DNA of 64,000 nt from Solirubrobacteraceae bacterium (GTDB lineage: Bacteria > Actinomycetota > Thermoleophilia > Solirubrobacterales > Solirubrobacteraceae), in NCBI GenBank assembly GCA_035702765.1, contig DASSZV010000021.1, forward strand, positions 1,002-65,001, given 5' to 3'. Made by a program: the position numbers and the translations under genes. The stretch's first letter is position 1. Each line of letters opens with the position of its first letter. Shown piece by piece: positions 49,433 to 58,888 of this stretch. Under the pieces are notes generated by a model. The model ran no database searches. It saw only the letters and a program-made list of their open reading frames with translations, and was not told where the DNA came from.

Positions 49433-50008
49433 ATGACCCGAATCCTTCCCGCCCGTGTCCTGGCGGGTGTCGCCGTTGTCGCCACCGCCCTCGCCGGCGG
49501 GGTTGCTGCGGCGGTCGCCGGAGCCCACACGGCCGCCCCGGCCGTGACCCGCCGACCTACTCTGCACGTGAGCGTCGCCTCCGTCGCGGGCCGGCAGGAA
49601 CGGATCATCGAGACCACCGTCGGACGGGCGGTCTACCTGCTCAGCGGCGACAGCGCCCGCCACCCCAAGTGCCGGGGGGCCTGCCTCGGCATCTGGCCCG
49701 CCGTCAGCGCCGCCGATCCCACGGCCCGGGGCATCCATGGCCACCTCGGGGTCTGGCGCCACAACGGGATCCGCCAGGTGACGCTCGACGGTCACCCGCT
49801 CTACACCTTCTCCTACGACACCTCCGGCGCGAAGGCGTCCGGTGAGGGGATCAAGAGCTTCGGCGGTGAGTGGTTCGCACTGAGCCCGGCCGCCCAGCCG
49901 CTGCGCCCCGTGGTGGGCCATGGCACCCAGGCCGCCACGGGCACGGGCTCGTCCGCCCCGGTGATGGCGACAACCGGCGCGACGACGACCCCCGGCTACG
50001 GCTACTGA
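49433..50008 (+). CDS. COG4315 secreted repeat protein, paralog 1
   Basis: Signal peptide plus GRAVYLL.GD, C.GACLGIWP, QVTLDGHPLYTF.YD, GEG..FGGEW and a GYGY tail. Confidence 0.9.
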   Translation: MTRILPARVLAGVAVVATALAGGVAAAVAGAHTAAPAVTRRPTLHVSVASVAGRQERIIETTVGRAVYLLSGDSARHPKCRGACLGIWPAVSAADPTARGIHGHLGVWRHNGIRQVTLDGHPLYTFSYDTSGAKASGEGIKSFGGEWFALSPAAQPLRPVVGHGTQAATGTGSSAPVMATTGATTTPGYGY

Positions 50009-50085
50009 TGCCGACGCCCGTTCACGCCACCCCTGTGCACCGACACGCACCCATCCGATCAGTCCACTCAGCAGGAGACACACCC

Positions 50086-50685
50086 ATGACCCGCATTCCG
50101 CTCACCCGCCATCCCCGACTCCTCAGTGGCGCCGTCGGCGCGGTGGCGATCGCCGCGGCCCTCAGCGGCTGTGGCTCGAGCTCCCCGGCCTCCGCGGCCA
50201 CCCCCGCGAGCGCCGCCACGGCGCACACCGCCGCCAGCGTCCGGACCGCCTCCACCCTGCACGCGGCCGAGGTGAGCGTCTCCGGGCACCGCGAGAAGAT
50301 CGTCGTCACCGCCTCGGGACGGCCCGTCTACCTGCTCACGGGTGACAGCAGCTCCCATCCCAAATGCACGTCGAGCGCATGTCTGGGGGTCTGGCCCGCG
50401 GTGACGGCCGCGCACCCCAGCGCCAGCGGGCTGTCCGGCAGGGTCGGGGTCTGGCGCCACCACGGCGTCAGTCAGGTGACCCTCGACGGTCACCCGCTCT
50501 ACCTCTTCGCCGGTGACTCGGGCTCGGGCCGCGCCACCGGCCAGGGCATCCACAGTTTCGGCGGGGTCTGGTACGTCCTGTCCGCGCGCGGGGCGGCGAT
50601 CACCAAGGCCATCGCCTCATCGGCGTCGGCCTCGGCGTCCTCGAGCTCCGGGTCCGCGAGCTCGGGCTACGGCTCGGGCTACTGA
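50086..50685 (+). CDS. COG4315 secreted repeat lipoprotein, paralog 2
   Basis: Lipobox LSGC, the same motifs as paralog 1, and an AGGAG RBS. Confidence 0.9.
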   Translation: MTRIPLTRHPRLLSGAVGAVAIAAALSGCGSSSPASAATPASAATAHTAASVRTASTLHAAEVSVSGHREKIVVTASGRPVYLLTGDSSSHPKCTSSACLGVWPAVTAAHPSASGLSGRVGVWRHHGVSQVTLDGHPLYLFAGDSGSGRATGQGIHSFGGVWYVLSARGAAITKAIASSASASASSSSGSASSGYGSGY

Positions 50686-52070
50686 TCGCCGCCGACACGC
50701 AGCTTCGGTGAGCGCCAGTCCGCCCGCAGACGCCGGGCGAACTCCTCACCGAGGCTCGTGATCGCCACCCGCTCCTGGATGAGGCTGTCGCGGTCCCGCA
50801 CCGTGACGGTCTCATCCTCGAGGGACTGGTGGTCAACGGTGACCGCCCACGGGGTCCCGATCTCGTCCTGGCGGCGGTAGCGCCGTCCGATCGCACCCCC
50901 CTCGTCGTACTCGACCTGCAGATTTCCGCGCAGTTCGGCGACGATCTGTCGCGCCAGCTCCGGCTGGCCGTCCTTCTTCACCAGCGGCAGCACGGCGACC
51001 TTCACAGGAGCCAGCGCGGGGTGCAGGCGCAGCACGGTCCGGCTCTCACCGTCGATCTCGTCCTCGTCGTAGGCGTCGATGAGGAAGGTGAGCGCCGCCC
51101 GGTCGGCTCCGGCGGCCGGTTCGATCACGTGGGGGAGGTAACGCTGTCCGCTGCCCTGGTCGACATACTCGAGGTTCTGGCGCGAGGCCTCCGCGTGCTG
51201 GGTGAGATCGAAGTTCCCCCGGTTGGCGATGCCCTCGAGTTCGCCCCAGCCCATGGGGAAGAGGTACTCGACGTCCGCCGTCCCCTGGGAGTAGTGCGAC
51301 AGCTCGTCCTGGGCGTGTTCGCGCAGGCGCAGGTGGTCGGGGCGCACACCGAGGTCGAGGTACCAGTTGAAGCGCTGCTGCTTCCAGTAGTCGTACCACT
51401 GAGCCGCCTCGTCCGGCGGGACGAAGAACTCCATCTCCATCTGTTCGAACTCCCGCGTGCGGAAGATGAAGTTCGCCGGGGTGATCTCGTTGCGGAAGGA
51501 CTTGCCCACCTGGGCGATCCCGAAGGGCGGCTTCTTGCGGCTGAACTGGAGGTACTGCTTGAAGTTGAGGAAGATTCCCTGCGCGGTTTCGGGGCGCAGG
51601 TACACCGTCGCGCCCTCATCGGCCACCGGTCCGACCTGGGTCTTGAACATGAGGTTGAACTCACGCGCCTCGGTGAGGTCGCACTCCTCGGTCTCGCCGG
51701 GGCGTCGGGAGGGTTTGCGACCGCACTGGCCGTCCTCGAGCTTGTCCGCGCGGAAGCGCTTCTTGCACGTGCGGCAGTCGATCAGCGGGTCGGTGAAGCC
51801 GGCCAGGTGCCCGGAGGCCTCCCACGTGCGCGGGTGCTGGATGATCGCCGAGTCGAGCGCGACGACGTCATCGCGCTCCTGCAGCATCGCCCGCCACCAC
51901 TGGGCCTTGACGTTGTTCTTGAGCAGGACCCCGTAGTGGCCGTAGTCGTAGGTGTTGCCGATGCCGCCGTAGATCTCCGAGGCGGGGAAGACGAACCCGC
52001 GGCGCTTGCACAGCGACACGATCTTCTCCATCGTCACGGCATCAGGGGTGGGGGTGGTGGCGTCGGTCAT
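50679..52070 (-). CDS. glyQS: Glycine--tRNA ligase (homodimeric type)
   Basis: Motifs LCKRRGF, YLRPETAQG, FRTREFEQME and IGRRYRRQDEIGTP. Confidence 0.96.
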   Translation of the reverse strand: MTDATTPTPDAVTMEKIVSLCKRRGFVFPASEIYGGIGNTYDYGHYGVLLKNNVKAQWWRAMLQERDDVVALDSAIIQHPRTWEASGHLAGFTDPLIDCRTCKKRFRADKLEDGQCGRKPSRRPGETEECDLTEAREFNLMFKTQVGPVADEGATVYLRPETAQGIFLNFKQYLQFSRKKPPFGIAQVGKSFRNEITPANFIFRTREFEQMEMEFFVPPDEAAQWYDYWKQQRFNWYLDLGVRPDHLRLREHAQDELSHYSQGTADVEYLFPMGWGELEGIANRGNFDLTQHAEASRQNLEYVDQGSGQRYLPHVIEPAAGADRAALTFLIDAYDEDEIDGESRTVLRLHPALAPVKVAVLPLVKKDGQPELARQIVAELRGNLQVEYDEGGAIGRRYRRQDEIGTPWAVTVDHQSLEDETVTVRDRDSLIQERVAITSLGEEFARRLRADWRSPKLRVGGDQ

Positions 52071-52152
52071 GGTCGTCGCAGCGTACCCCGGGCATCGCGG
52101 TCCCGACCCCGGCCCGACGTCCGCGGTGGAGCCCCGGGTATCCTTCAGGGAC

Positions 52153-52476
52153 ATGCCGCTGTACGAGTACAAGTGCAAGAAGGGCCACGTCTTCGACGTG
52201 ATCCAGAGCTTCTCCGATGACGCACTCACCAAGTGCGAGATCTGCGGCGCCAAAGCCGAGCGGGTGCTGAGCGCTCCCGCCATCCACTTCAAGGGCTCGG
52301 GCTTTTACAACACCGACTACGGCACGCGCCGGCGGGCCAAGGAGAAGGAGTCCAGCTCCAACTCCGCCTCGGAGTCGGGTTCGAGCGGTTCAAGCTCCGA
52401 CGCCAGTGCGGGCTCGAGCGATTCGGGCACGAGCTCGGCGAAGACCGAGACGGCCTCCGCCGCCTCGGCGGACTGA
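52153..52476 (+). CDS. FmdB-family zinc-ribbon protein
   Basis: MPLYEYKC..GH.F...CEICG and FKGSGFYNTDY, with a Ser-rich tail. Confidence 0.92.
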   Translation: MPLYEYKCKKGHVFDVIQSFSDDALTKCEICGAKAERVLSAPAIHFKGSGFYNTDYGTRRRAKEKESSSNSASESGSSGSSSDASAGSSDSGTSSAKTETASAASAD

Positions 52477-52572
52477 CCCGACCCCTGAGGGATCGATCTG
52501 GCCGGCCTGTGGGGCCGGCCGCCACACGCGCCGCTTCCCCGGAGGCCCCCGGTACGCCCGGGGGCGCCGGCC

Positions 52573-53949
52573 TCAGCCGTTGAGCAGCTGGTGGACCTTG
52601 GCGCGGATGTCCGCCGTGCTCGGGATGAGCACGTCCTGGCCGTTGTAGACCTGGTTGGCTTCGTTGAGGGTCTGGGGCTTGGAGGAGCCGCCGAGCTCGG
52701 CGGAGGCGAACAGCTGCAGCAGCGTGGTGCCGCCCATGTCGGTCTGGATGACCCCGGGGGCGTCCCAGGAGGCCCACGGGAGGTGGAGGAAGGCGTGGAG
52801 GGAGAAGAGCTGGCTCTTGATCCCGTTGAGGACCACCTGCTGCATCTTCTCGCGGTTGATGTCGTTGTAGGCGAGGTTGCAGGCGTTGTCGCGCGTGCGG
52901 GCGAGGGTGAGCGCCTGGGTGCCGGTGAGGTGGTGGGTGCCCGGGCGCAGATACAGCGTGTAGCCGCCGTTCTTGACGCCGCCGGAGATGTTCGAGCAGA
53001 TCCGTGGGGTCGTCACCGTCACCCCGCCGATGTCGTCGATGAACTTGGGGAAGTTGCCCAGATCGACGATGATCACGTGGTTGATCTTCACCCCGGTGAG
53101 CGCCTCGACGACCTTCACGGTGAGACCGGGGTTCTGAGACCAGGCGGCGTTGATCTTCGCCTCACCCAGGCCGGGGATGTTCACCAGCGTGTCCCGGGGG
53201 ATGGACAGGCGCCGGGACACGCCACCGCCGACCCGCCAGAGCATGATCGTGTCGGTGTTCGCCGCGGCCTCGTTGTGGTTGGCCCCGCCCTCGTGGGCGC
53301 TGTAACCGGTGGTCGGACGGTTGTCGAGGCCGAGCACGAGCACGGTCTGGGGCGAGACGAGCATCGGGGCGGAGGTCTTGGTCAGCGCGGCCGACAGCGC
53401 CGCCGGGATGTTCCCGGCCTTCTCCGAGGCCGAGATCATGAACAGCACGGCGGAGAGGAGCACCCAGGCGACCGCCAGCGAGACGACGTACTTGAGACCG
53501 CGGCGCACCGTCCAGGTGCCCCGGCCCCAGCGGCCCAGCCCGCGCGGCCGCGGGCCGGTGAGGGCCGAGACGCGGCCTCGCCGCCCGCCGGGGCCGCGCC
53601 AGCGTCCGCCCGGACCGGAGCGGCGACCGTCAAGAGCACCGAACCCCGCGCCCCCGGCCTCGGCGTCGCGGCGGCTCTCGCGCCGGGCCGACCCGGCCCG
53701 TTCCGCTGCCTCGATGCGCCGGCCGGCGTCAGGGTCGCTCTCCCCGCGCAGGCGCGCGGAGAGGCCACGCGGCTGGGAGCGGTAGACGCGGTAACCGGCC
53801 TCGTCCACGTGGACGGCCGGGTCCTCCCGCGCGTCGGCGCGCTCGCGTGCGGCCGGGCGCTCAGCCTCGGGCCGAGGGCGCCGCGCGGCGTGAGTCGATC
53901 CACCACTGCGGTAGACGCGGTAGTCGTTCTCGTCGGGGTCCTTGCTCAC
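52573..53949 (-). CDS. LytR-CpsA-Psr (LCP) family protein
   Basis: Motifs VLVLGLD, TDTIML, SIPRDT, KINAA and ALTLARTR. Start refined to the GTG at 53949. Confidence 0.92.
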   Translation of the reverse strand: MSKDPDENDYRVYRSGGSTHAARRPRPEAERPAARERADAREDPAVHVDEAGYRVYRSQPRGLSARLRGESDPDAGRRIEAAERAGSARRESRRDAEAGGAGFGALDGRRSGPGGRWRGPGGRRGRVSALTGPRPRGLGRWGRGTWTVRRGLKYVVSLAVAWVLLSAVLFMISASEKAGNIPAALSAALTKTSAPMLVSPQTVLVLGLDNRPTTGYSAHEGGANHNEAAANTDTIMLWRVGGGVSRRLSIPRDTLVNIPGLGEAKINAAWSQNPGLTVKVVEALTGVKINHVIIVDLGNFPKFIDDIGGVTVTTPRICSNISGGVKNGGYTLYLRPGTHHLTGTQALTLARTRDNACNLAYNDINREKMQQVVLNGIKSQLFSLHAFLHLPWASWDAPGVIQTDMGGTTLLQLFASAELGGSSKPQTLNEANQVYNGQDVLIPSTADIRAKVHQLLNG

Positions 53950-53974
53950 CTGAGGCAATCCATATAGTGGGCGC

Positions 53975-54949
53975 ATGCCTGACCGACGCGTCATCGGCGT
54001 CGATATGGGCGGTACAAAGCTTCTCGCCGGTGTGGTCGACGCGGAACTGTCCGTCCACCACCGCAGCCAGCTACCAGTTCGCGGCCTGAGCCAGCGAATC
54101 CTCCTTGACACGGTACACCAGGCCGTGAGGGAGCTCATCGAGTCGGCCGACGGCGAGGTCGCCGCGGTCGGCTTCGGCATCCCCTCGCTGATCGACCGGC
54201 GGACGGGGACGAGTGTCGTGGCGGTCAACCTCGAGCTGACGGATCTGCCCTTCGGCGAGGTCATGTCCGAGCGCCTGGGCGTCCCGTGCTTCGTCGACAA
54301 CGACGCGAACATGGCGGCCCTGGCCGAGCACCGCGCCGGCGCGGCGCGCGGCGCCTCCGAGGTCGTGCTGGTCACCCTCGGCACGGGGATCGGCGGCGGG
54401 CTGATCCTCAATGACCGCCTCTACCACGGGGCCCTGGGCGCGGGGGCGGAGCTCGGTCACATGGTCATCCAGATCGACGGACCGCGCTGTCAGGGCAACT
54501 GCCCCAACCATGGCTGCTTCGAGGCGATGGCCTCGGGCACCGCGCTGGAGCGCGAGGCGCGCAGGATCGGTACCGAGCGGCCCCAGAGCGGCCTCGGCGC
54601 GGCGGTCGCCGCGGGGCGGGCACCACTCGGCCCGATCGTCACCGAGCTGGCCCATGACGGCGACGCGGCGGCCCAGGCGGTCCTCGATCTCATCGGGACC
54701 CGCCTGGGGGTCGCCTGTGCGAGCTTTGTGAACATCTTCAATCCGGAGGTCATCGTGGTCGGAGGCGGGGTCATCGCGGCGGGGGAGCGGCTGCTCGCCC
54801 CGGCGCGCACGGAGATGCGGCGCCGGGCCCTGCCCCCGGGCCGGGACACGGTGGCGATCGTGGCCGCCCATCACGGGATCGAGGCCGGGATGCTCGGTGC
54901 CGCGGTGATGGCCTGGGACGAGCTGGCCGCCCGCGAGGTCCGCGCATGA
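53975..54949 (+). CDS. ROK-family sugar kinase (glucokinase-like)
   Basis: Motifs GVDMGGTK, DNDAN, TLGTGIGGG and ELGH...C...C...GCFE. Confidence 0.93.
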   Translation: MPDRRVIGVDMGGTKLLAGVVDAELSVHHRSQLPVRGLSQRILLDTVHQAVRELIESADGEVAAVGFGIPSLIDRRTGTSVVAVNLELTDLPFGEVMSERLGVPCFVDNDANMAALAEHRAGAARGASEVVLVTLGTGIGGGLILNDRLYHGALGAGAELGHMVIQIDGPRCQGNCPNHGCFEAMASGTALEREARRIGTERPQSGLGAAVAAGRAPLGPIVTELAHDGDAAAQAVLDLIGTRLGVACASFVNIFNPEVIVVGGGVIAAGERLLAPARTEMRRRALPPGRDTVAIVAAHHGIEAGMLGAAVMAWDELAAREVRA

Positions 54950-55803
54950 GCGCCGCCTCCGCAGCCGTCGGCGGTGGCCGGCTGATCATCTGCCCGACCC
55001 CGATCGGCAACTCAGAGGACATCACCCTGCGCGTCCTCGCCGCGTTGCGGGAGGCCGACGTCGTCGCCTGCGAGGACACCCGCCGTACCGGCCAGCTGCT
55101 CAAGCAGTACGGCGTCAACGCAACGCTCGTCTCCTATCACGAGCACAACGAGCCCGGCCGGGCGGCCGAGCTCGTCCGCCGCATGCACCACGGCGAGACC
55201 GTCGCCCTGGTCTCCGACGCCGGCATGCCGCTGGTGAGCGACCCCGGCTACGTGCTGGTGCGCGCCTGCGTCGCCGCCGGGGTGGGGGTCGAGGTCCTGC
55301 CCGGCCCCAGCGCGGCGCTGGCCGCGCTGGTCGCCTCCGCGCTGCCCGGCGACGCCTGGACCTTCCGCGGCTTCCTCCCCCGCAAGAAGGGCGACCTGGG
55401 TGCGCTCTTCACCGAGACCCGGGAGACGCTGGTGGCCTTTGAATCCCCCCGCCGGGTGGCCGAGTCCCTGGCCGTCCTGGCCGAGGTCGATCCCGACCGC
55501 CCCGTCGCGGTGTGCCGCGAGCTCACCAAGCTGCACGAGGAGGTGGTGCGCGGGACGGCGGCCCAGCTCGCGGAGCGCTACGCCGAGGATCCGGCGCGCG
55601 GCGAGGTCGTGCTCGTCATCGGCGCGGCGACCCGCTCGGCCGCGGCGGACCTCGCCCCGGCTCTGGCGGCGGTGCGGCGGCTCGTCGATTCCGGGGCCAA
55701 GCCGCGGGTCGCCGCCGCCGTGGTGGCCGAGCTCACCCAGAGCGCCGCCAATACCCTGTATCGGGCGCTCACCAGCGCCGATCCGAGCTCCGCTCCCGAC
55801 TGA
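54946..55803 (+). CDS. rsmI: 16S rRNA C1402 2'-O-methyltransferase
   Basis: Motifs TPIGN.EDIT, CEDTRRT, VSDAGMP.VSDPG and RELTKLHEE. Confidence 0.95.
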   Translation: MSAASAAVGGGRLIICPTPIGNSEDITLRVLAALREADVVACEDTRRTGQLLKQYGVNATLVSYHEHNEPGRAAELVRRMHHGETVALVSDAGMPLVSDPGYVLVRACVAAGVGVEVLPGPSAALAALVASALPGDAWTFRGFLPRKKGDLGALFTETRETLVAFESPRRVAESLAVLAEVDPDRPVAVCRELTKLHEEVVRGTAAQLAERYAEDPARGEVVLVIGAATRSAAADLAPALAAVRRLVDSGAKPRVAAAVVAELTQSAANTLYRALTSADPSSAPD

Positions 55804-55815
55804 GGCTCCGCCGCC

Positions 55816-57324
55816 ATGGCCTTCTACATCACCACCTCCATCTCCTACGTCAACGGCCAGCCCCATCTGGGGCACGCCTACGAGGCGATCGCCACCGACA
55901 TCATCGCCCGCCATCACCGCCAGCGCGGGGAGGAGACCTTCTTCCTCACCGGCACCGACGAGCACGGCGAGCCGGTGGCTGACTCGGCGCGCGCCAACGG
56001 GATGGAGCCGCGGGCGTGGGCCGACCTCAACGCGGCGAAGTTCCAGGCGCTGCTGCCGGTCCTCGACGTCGCCCCCGACTTCTTCATCCGCACGACCGAC
56101 CCCGAGCACACGCGCCGGGTGCAGGCGGTGCTCCAGCGCGTCTACGACAACGGCTACGTCCACAAGGGCGTCTACGAGGGCTGGTACTGCCCGCGCTGTG
56201 CCGACTTCAAGGTGGAGAACGAGATCCTCGAGGGCAATCGCTGCCCGATCCACGAGATCTCCCTCACCCGCGAGCACGAGGAGAACTACTTCTTCCAGCT
56301 GTCGGCCTTCCAGGAGCGCCTCGAAGCGTGGTTCGCCGACCATCCGGACTTCGTCGCGCCCGCCCGGGCCAAGAACGAGGCCGAGGCCTTCCTCGCCGGC
56401 GGCCTCCAGGACGTCTCGCTCTCCCGGGCCAAGCTCAACTGGGGCGTCGCCGTGCCCTGGGACCCCAGCCACGTCTTCTACGTGTGGTTCGACGCGCTGT
56501 TGAACTACTACACCGCCCCGGGCTTCGCCCGCCCCGGCAGTGATCTCACCGCCATGCTGTGGCCGGCGGATGTGCACATGATCGGCAAGGACATCCTCAA
56601 GTTCCACACGATCTTCTGGCCGGCGATGCTCATGGCCGCCGGCCTGGAACCGCCCCGCCGGGTCTTCGTCCACGGCCACCTCGCCGCCGCGGACGGGCGC
56701 AAGATGTCCAAGTCCCTGGGCAACGGGATCGACCCGATGGAGGTCGTGCAGGAGTTCGGCGGCCCGGATCCGCTGCGCTTCTACCTCATGCGCGACGTGC
56801 GCTACGGCAGCGACGGCCCGGTCGGACGCGAGTCCCTCACCGCGCGCTACAACGCCGAACTGGCCAACGACTACGGAAACCTCGCCTCCCGCACCCTGGC
56901 GATGATCACCCGCTACCGGGCCGGTGACGTCCCCGCGGTGGGCACCGACCCGGAGCTGCGCGCCGACTTCGACGAGCTCGAGGAGCAGGTCGCCGCGGCC
57001 CTGGCGAGGATCGACATCTCCGGCGCGCTGGACCTCGTCTGGCAGCGCGTGCGCCGGCTCAACCGCTACGTCGAGGAACGGCGGCCCTGGGAGCTGGCCC
57101 GTGAGCCCACAGCCACGGGCCAGCTGGACAGCGTCCTGGCCAGCCTGCATGAGGGCGTCCGCGTGGTGAGCGTGCTGCTGTGGCCCTACATCCCCGGATC
57201 CGCCCAACGCGTCCTCGCCGCGCTGGGCCGCCCGTCGCTGGAGTTGACGGGCTTCGCCGCGACCAGCGCGGGGGTCACCGTGGAGAGCATCCCCCCGCTG
57301 TTCCCCACGCTCGCCCCGGTGTGA
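55816..57324 (+). CDS. metG: Methionine--tRNA ligase (monomeric short form)
   Basis: Motifs PHLGHAY, GTDEHG, YVWFDALLNY, GKDILKFH and KMSKS. Confidence 0.97.
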   Translation: MAFYITTSISYVNGQPHLGHAYEAIATDIIARHHRQRGEETFFLTGTDEHGEPVADSARANGMEPRAWADLNAAKFQALLPVLDVAPDFFIRTTDPEHTRRVQAVLQRVYDNGYVHKGVYEGWYCPRCADFKVENEILEGNRCPIHEISLTREHEENYFFQLSAFQERLEAWFADHPDFVAPARAKNEAEAFLAGGLQDVSLSRAKLNWGVAVPWDPSHVFYVWFDALLNYYTAPGFARPGSDLTAMLWPADVHMIGKDILKFHTIFWPAMLMAAGLEPPRRVFVHGHLAAADGRKMSKSLGNGIDPMEVVQEFGGPDPLRFYLMRDVRYGSDGPVGRESLTARYNAELANDYGNLASRTLAMITRYRAGDVPAVGTDPELRADFDELEEQVAAALARIDISGALDLVWQRVRRLNRYVEERRPWELAREPTATGQLDSVLASLHEGVRVVSVLLWPYIPGSAQRVLAALGRPSLELTGFAATSAGVTVESIPPLFPTLAPV

Positions 57325-58073
57325 TCGACTCCCACACCCATCTGCACATCTGTGCCCCGCCGGACACCGAGCTCGTCACCGAGGCCCATGCCGCCGGAGT
57401 GACCAAGATGCTCACGGTCGGCACCGACGTGTCCAGCTCGCGGGTCGCCCTGGAGGCCGCCGCCCTCTACGGCGGCGTGTTCGCCGCGGTCGGCATCCAC
57501 CCCAACGCCGCCGCCGGCTACGACGACGCCCATCACGCGGCGTTGCTCGAGCTCGCCGCCGACCCGCTGTGCCGCGCGGTGGGGGAGACCGGGCTGGATT
57601 TCTACCGGGAGGGCGCCCCCCGCGAGGACCAGGAGCGCGCCTTCCGGGCCCAGATCGAGATCGCCCGGGCGGTGGACAAGCCGCTGGTCATCCACACCCG
57701 CGAGGCCGACACGGCCACCCTGGCCATCCTCGAGGCCGAGACCGCCGGGGTGAAGGTGATCCTGCACTGCTTCTCCATGCCCGACCGGATCGAGGCCTGC
57801 CTGGCCCACCCGGACTGGTGGCTCTCCTTCGCCGGCAACGTGACCTACCCGGCCAACGCGGGCCTGCGCGCCGCGGCCATCCGCGTCCCCGCCGAACGCC
57901 TGCTCGTGGAGACCGACGCGCCCTACCTCACCCCGGTGCCCAAGCGCGGCACGCCCAACGCTCCGGCCCGGGTGCGCCTCACCGCTGAGGCGGTCGCCCT
58001 CGAGCGCCGCGTCCCCTACGCCGACTTCGACGCCGGCGTCGAGGCGGCGGCCGCCGCCGCGTTCGGCTGGTGA
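57321..58073 (+). CDS. tatD: TatD-family hydrolase
   Basis: Motifs IDSHTHL, GIHP, GETGLD, IHTREA and ETDAPYL. Confidence 0.95.
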   Translation: MIDSHTHLHICAPPDTELVTEAHAAGVTKMLTVGTDVSSSRVALEAAALYGGVFAAVGIHPNAAAGYDDAHHAALLELAADPLCRAVGETGLDFYREGAPREDQERAFRAQIEIARAVDKPLVIHTREADTATLAILEAETAGVKVILHCFSMPDRIEACLAHPDWWLSFAGNVTYPANAGLRAAAIRVPAERLLVETDAPYLTPVPKRGTPNAPARVRLTAEAVALERRVPYADFDAGVEAAAAAAFGW

Positions 58074-58876
58074 GCCCGCGGCGTACCGGGCCGGGGTCGC
58101 TGGGTCAGAACTTCCTCGTCGACCCGAACATCATCGACGTGATCGCGCGGCTGGCCGACCTGGCGCCCGAGGACGTCGTGCTCGAGGTCGGCGGTGGCGA
58201 GGGGATCCTCACCCGCCGCCTCGTCGCCGAGGCCGCCTGGGTCCACCTGATCGAGATCGACCCGCGGCTCGAGCTGGGGCTGCGCATCGCCCTGGGCGGC
58301 CGCGGGACCCTGCACCTCGCCGACGCGGTCTCCTTCGACCTGGGCGCCCTCGACCCCGCCCCCACGGCGATGGTCGCCAACCTGCCCTACTCGGTGGCCG
58401 CGACCGTGGTGCTCAACACGATCTTCGCCACGGGGATCGCGCGCTGGGTCGTCATGGTCCAGCGCGAGGTCGGGGAACGCTTCGCCGCGCGCGTCGGCTC
58501 GCCCGCCTACGGGGTGCCCTCGGTACTCGCCCAGCTGCACTGCGACGTGCGCGTCCTGCGCCCGATCTCACGGCAGGTGTTCCGTCCCGTGCCGAACGTC
58601 GACTCGGTCCTGCTCGGGCTCACGCGGCGTCCCGATGCGGACGGCGGCGAGCCGGGACCCTCGGGGGTGCGGCGGCTCGTCCACGATGCCTTCGCCCACC
58701 GGCGCAAGGCGATGGCCCGGTCGATCTCGCTCGCCCGCGGGGGCTCGCCCGAGGTGCGTGACGCGGTCCGCGCCGCGGTGGTCGACCTCGGCTTTCCCGA
58801 GGACGTGCGCGCCGAGCGGCTCGCCCCGGCTGACTTCACCGCCCTGGCCGCCCGACTCGACGGCACCGGCCGCTAG
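58070..58876 (+). CDS. rsmA: 16S rRNA adenine dimethyltransferase
   Basis: Motifs LGQNFL, EVG.GEG, ANLPY, MVQREV and PVPNVDS. Confidence 0.95.
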   Translation: MSPRRTGPGSLGQNFLVDPNIIDVIARLADLAPEDVVLEVGGGEGILTRRLVAEAAWVHLIEIDPRLELGLRIALGGRGTLHLADAVSFDLGALDPAPTAMVANLPYSVAATVVLNTIFATGIARWVVMVQREVGERFAARVGSPAYGVPSVLAQLHCDVRVLRPISRQVFRPVPNVDSVLLGLTRRPDADGGEPGPSGVRRLVHDAFAHRRKAMARSISLARGGSPEVRDAVRAAVVDLGFPEDVRAERLAPADFTALAARLDGTGR

Positions 58877-58888
58877 CCTCGCGCCGGC

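Noticed and set aside
57321-58876. No rpfB/yabE gene between tatD and rsmA
   Set aside because: The observation is real (the genes overlap), but direct tatD-rsmA linkage occurs in many lineages and is not evidence of a new system.
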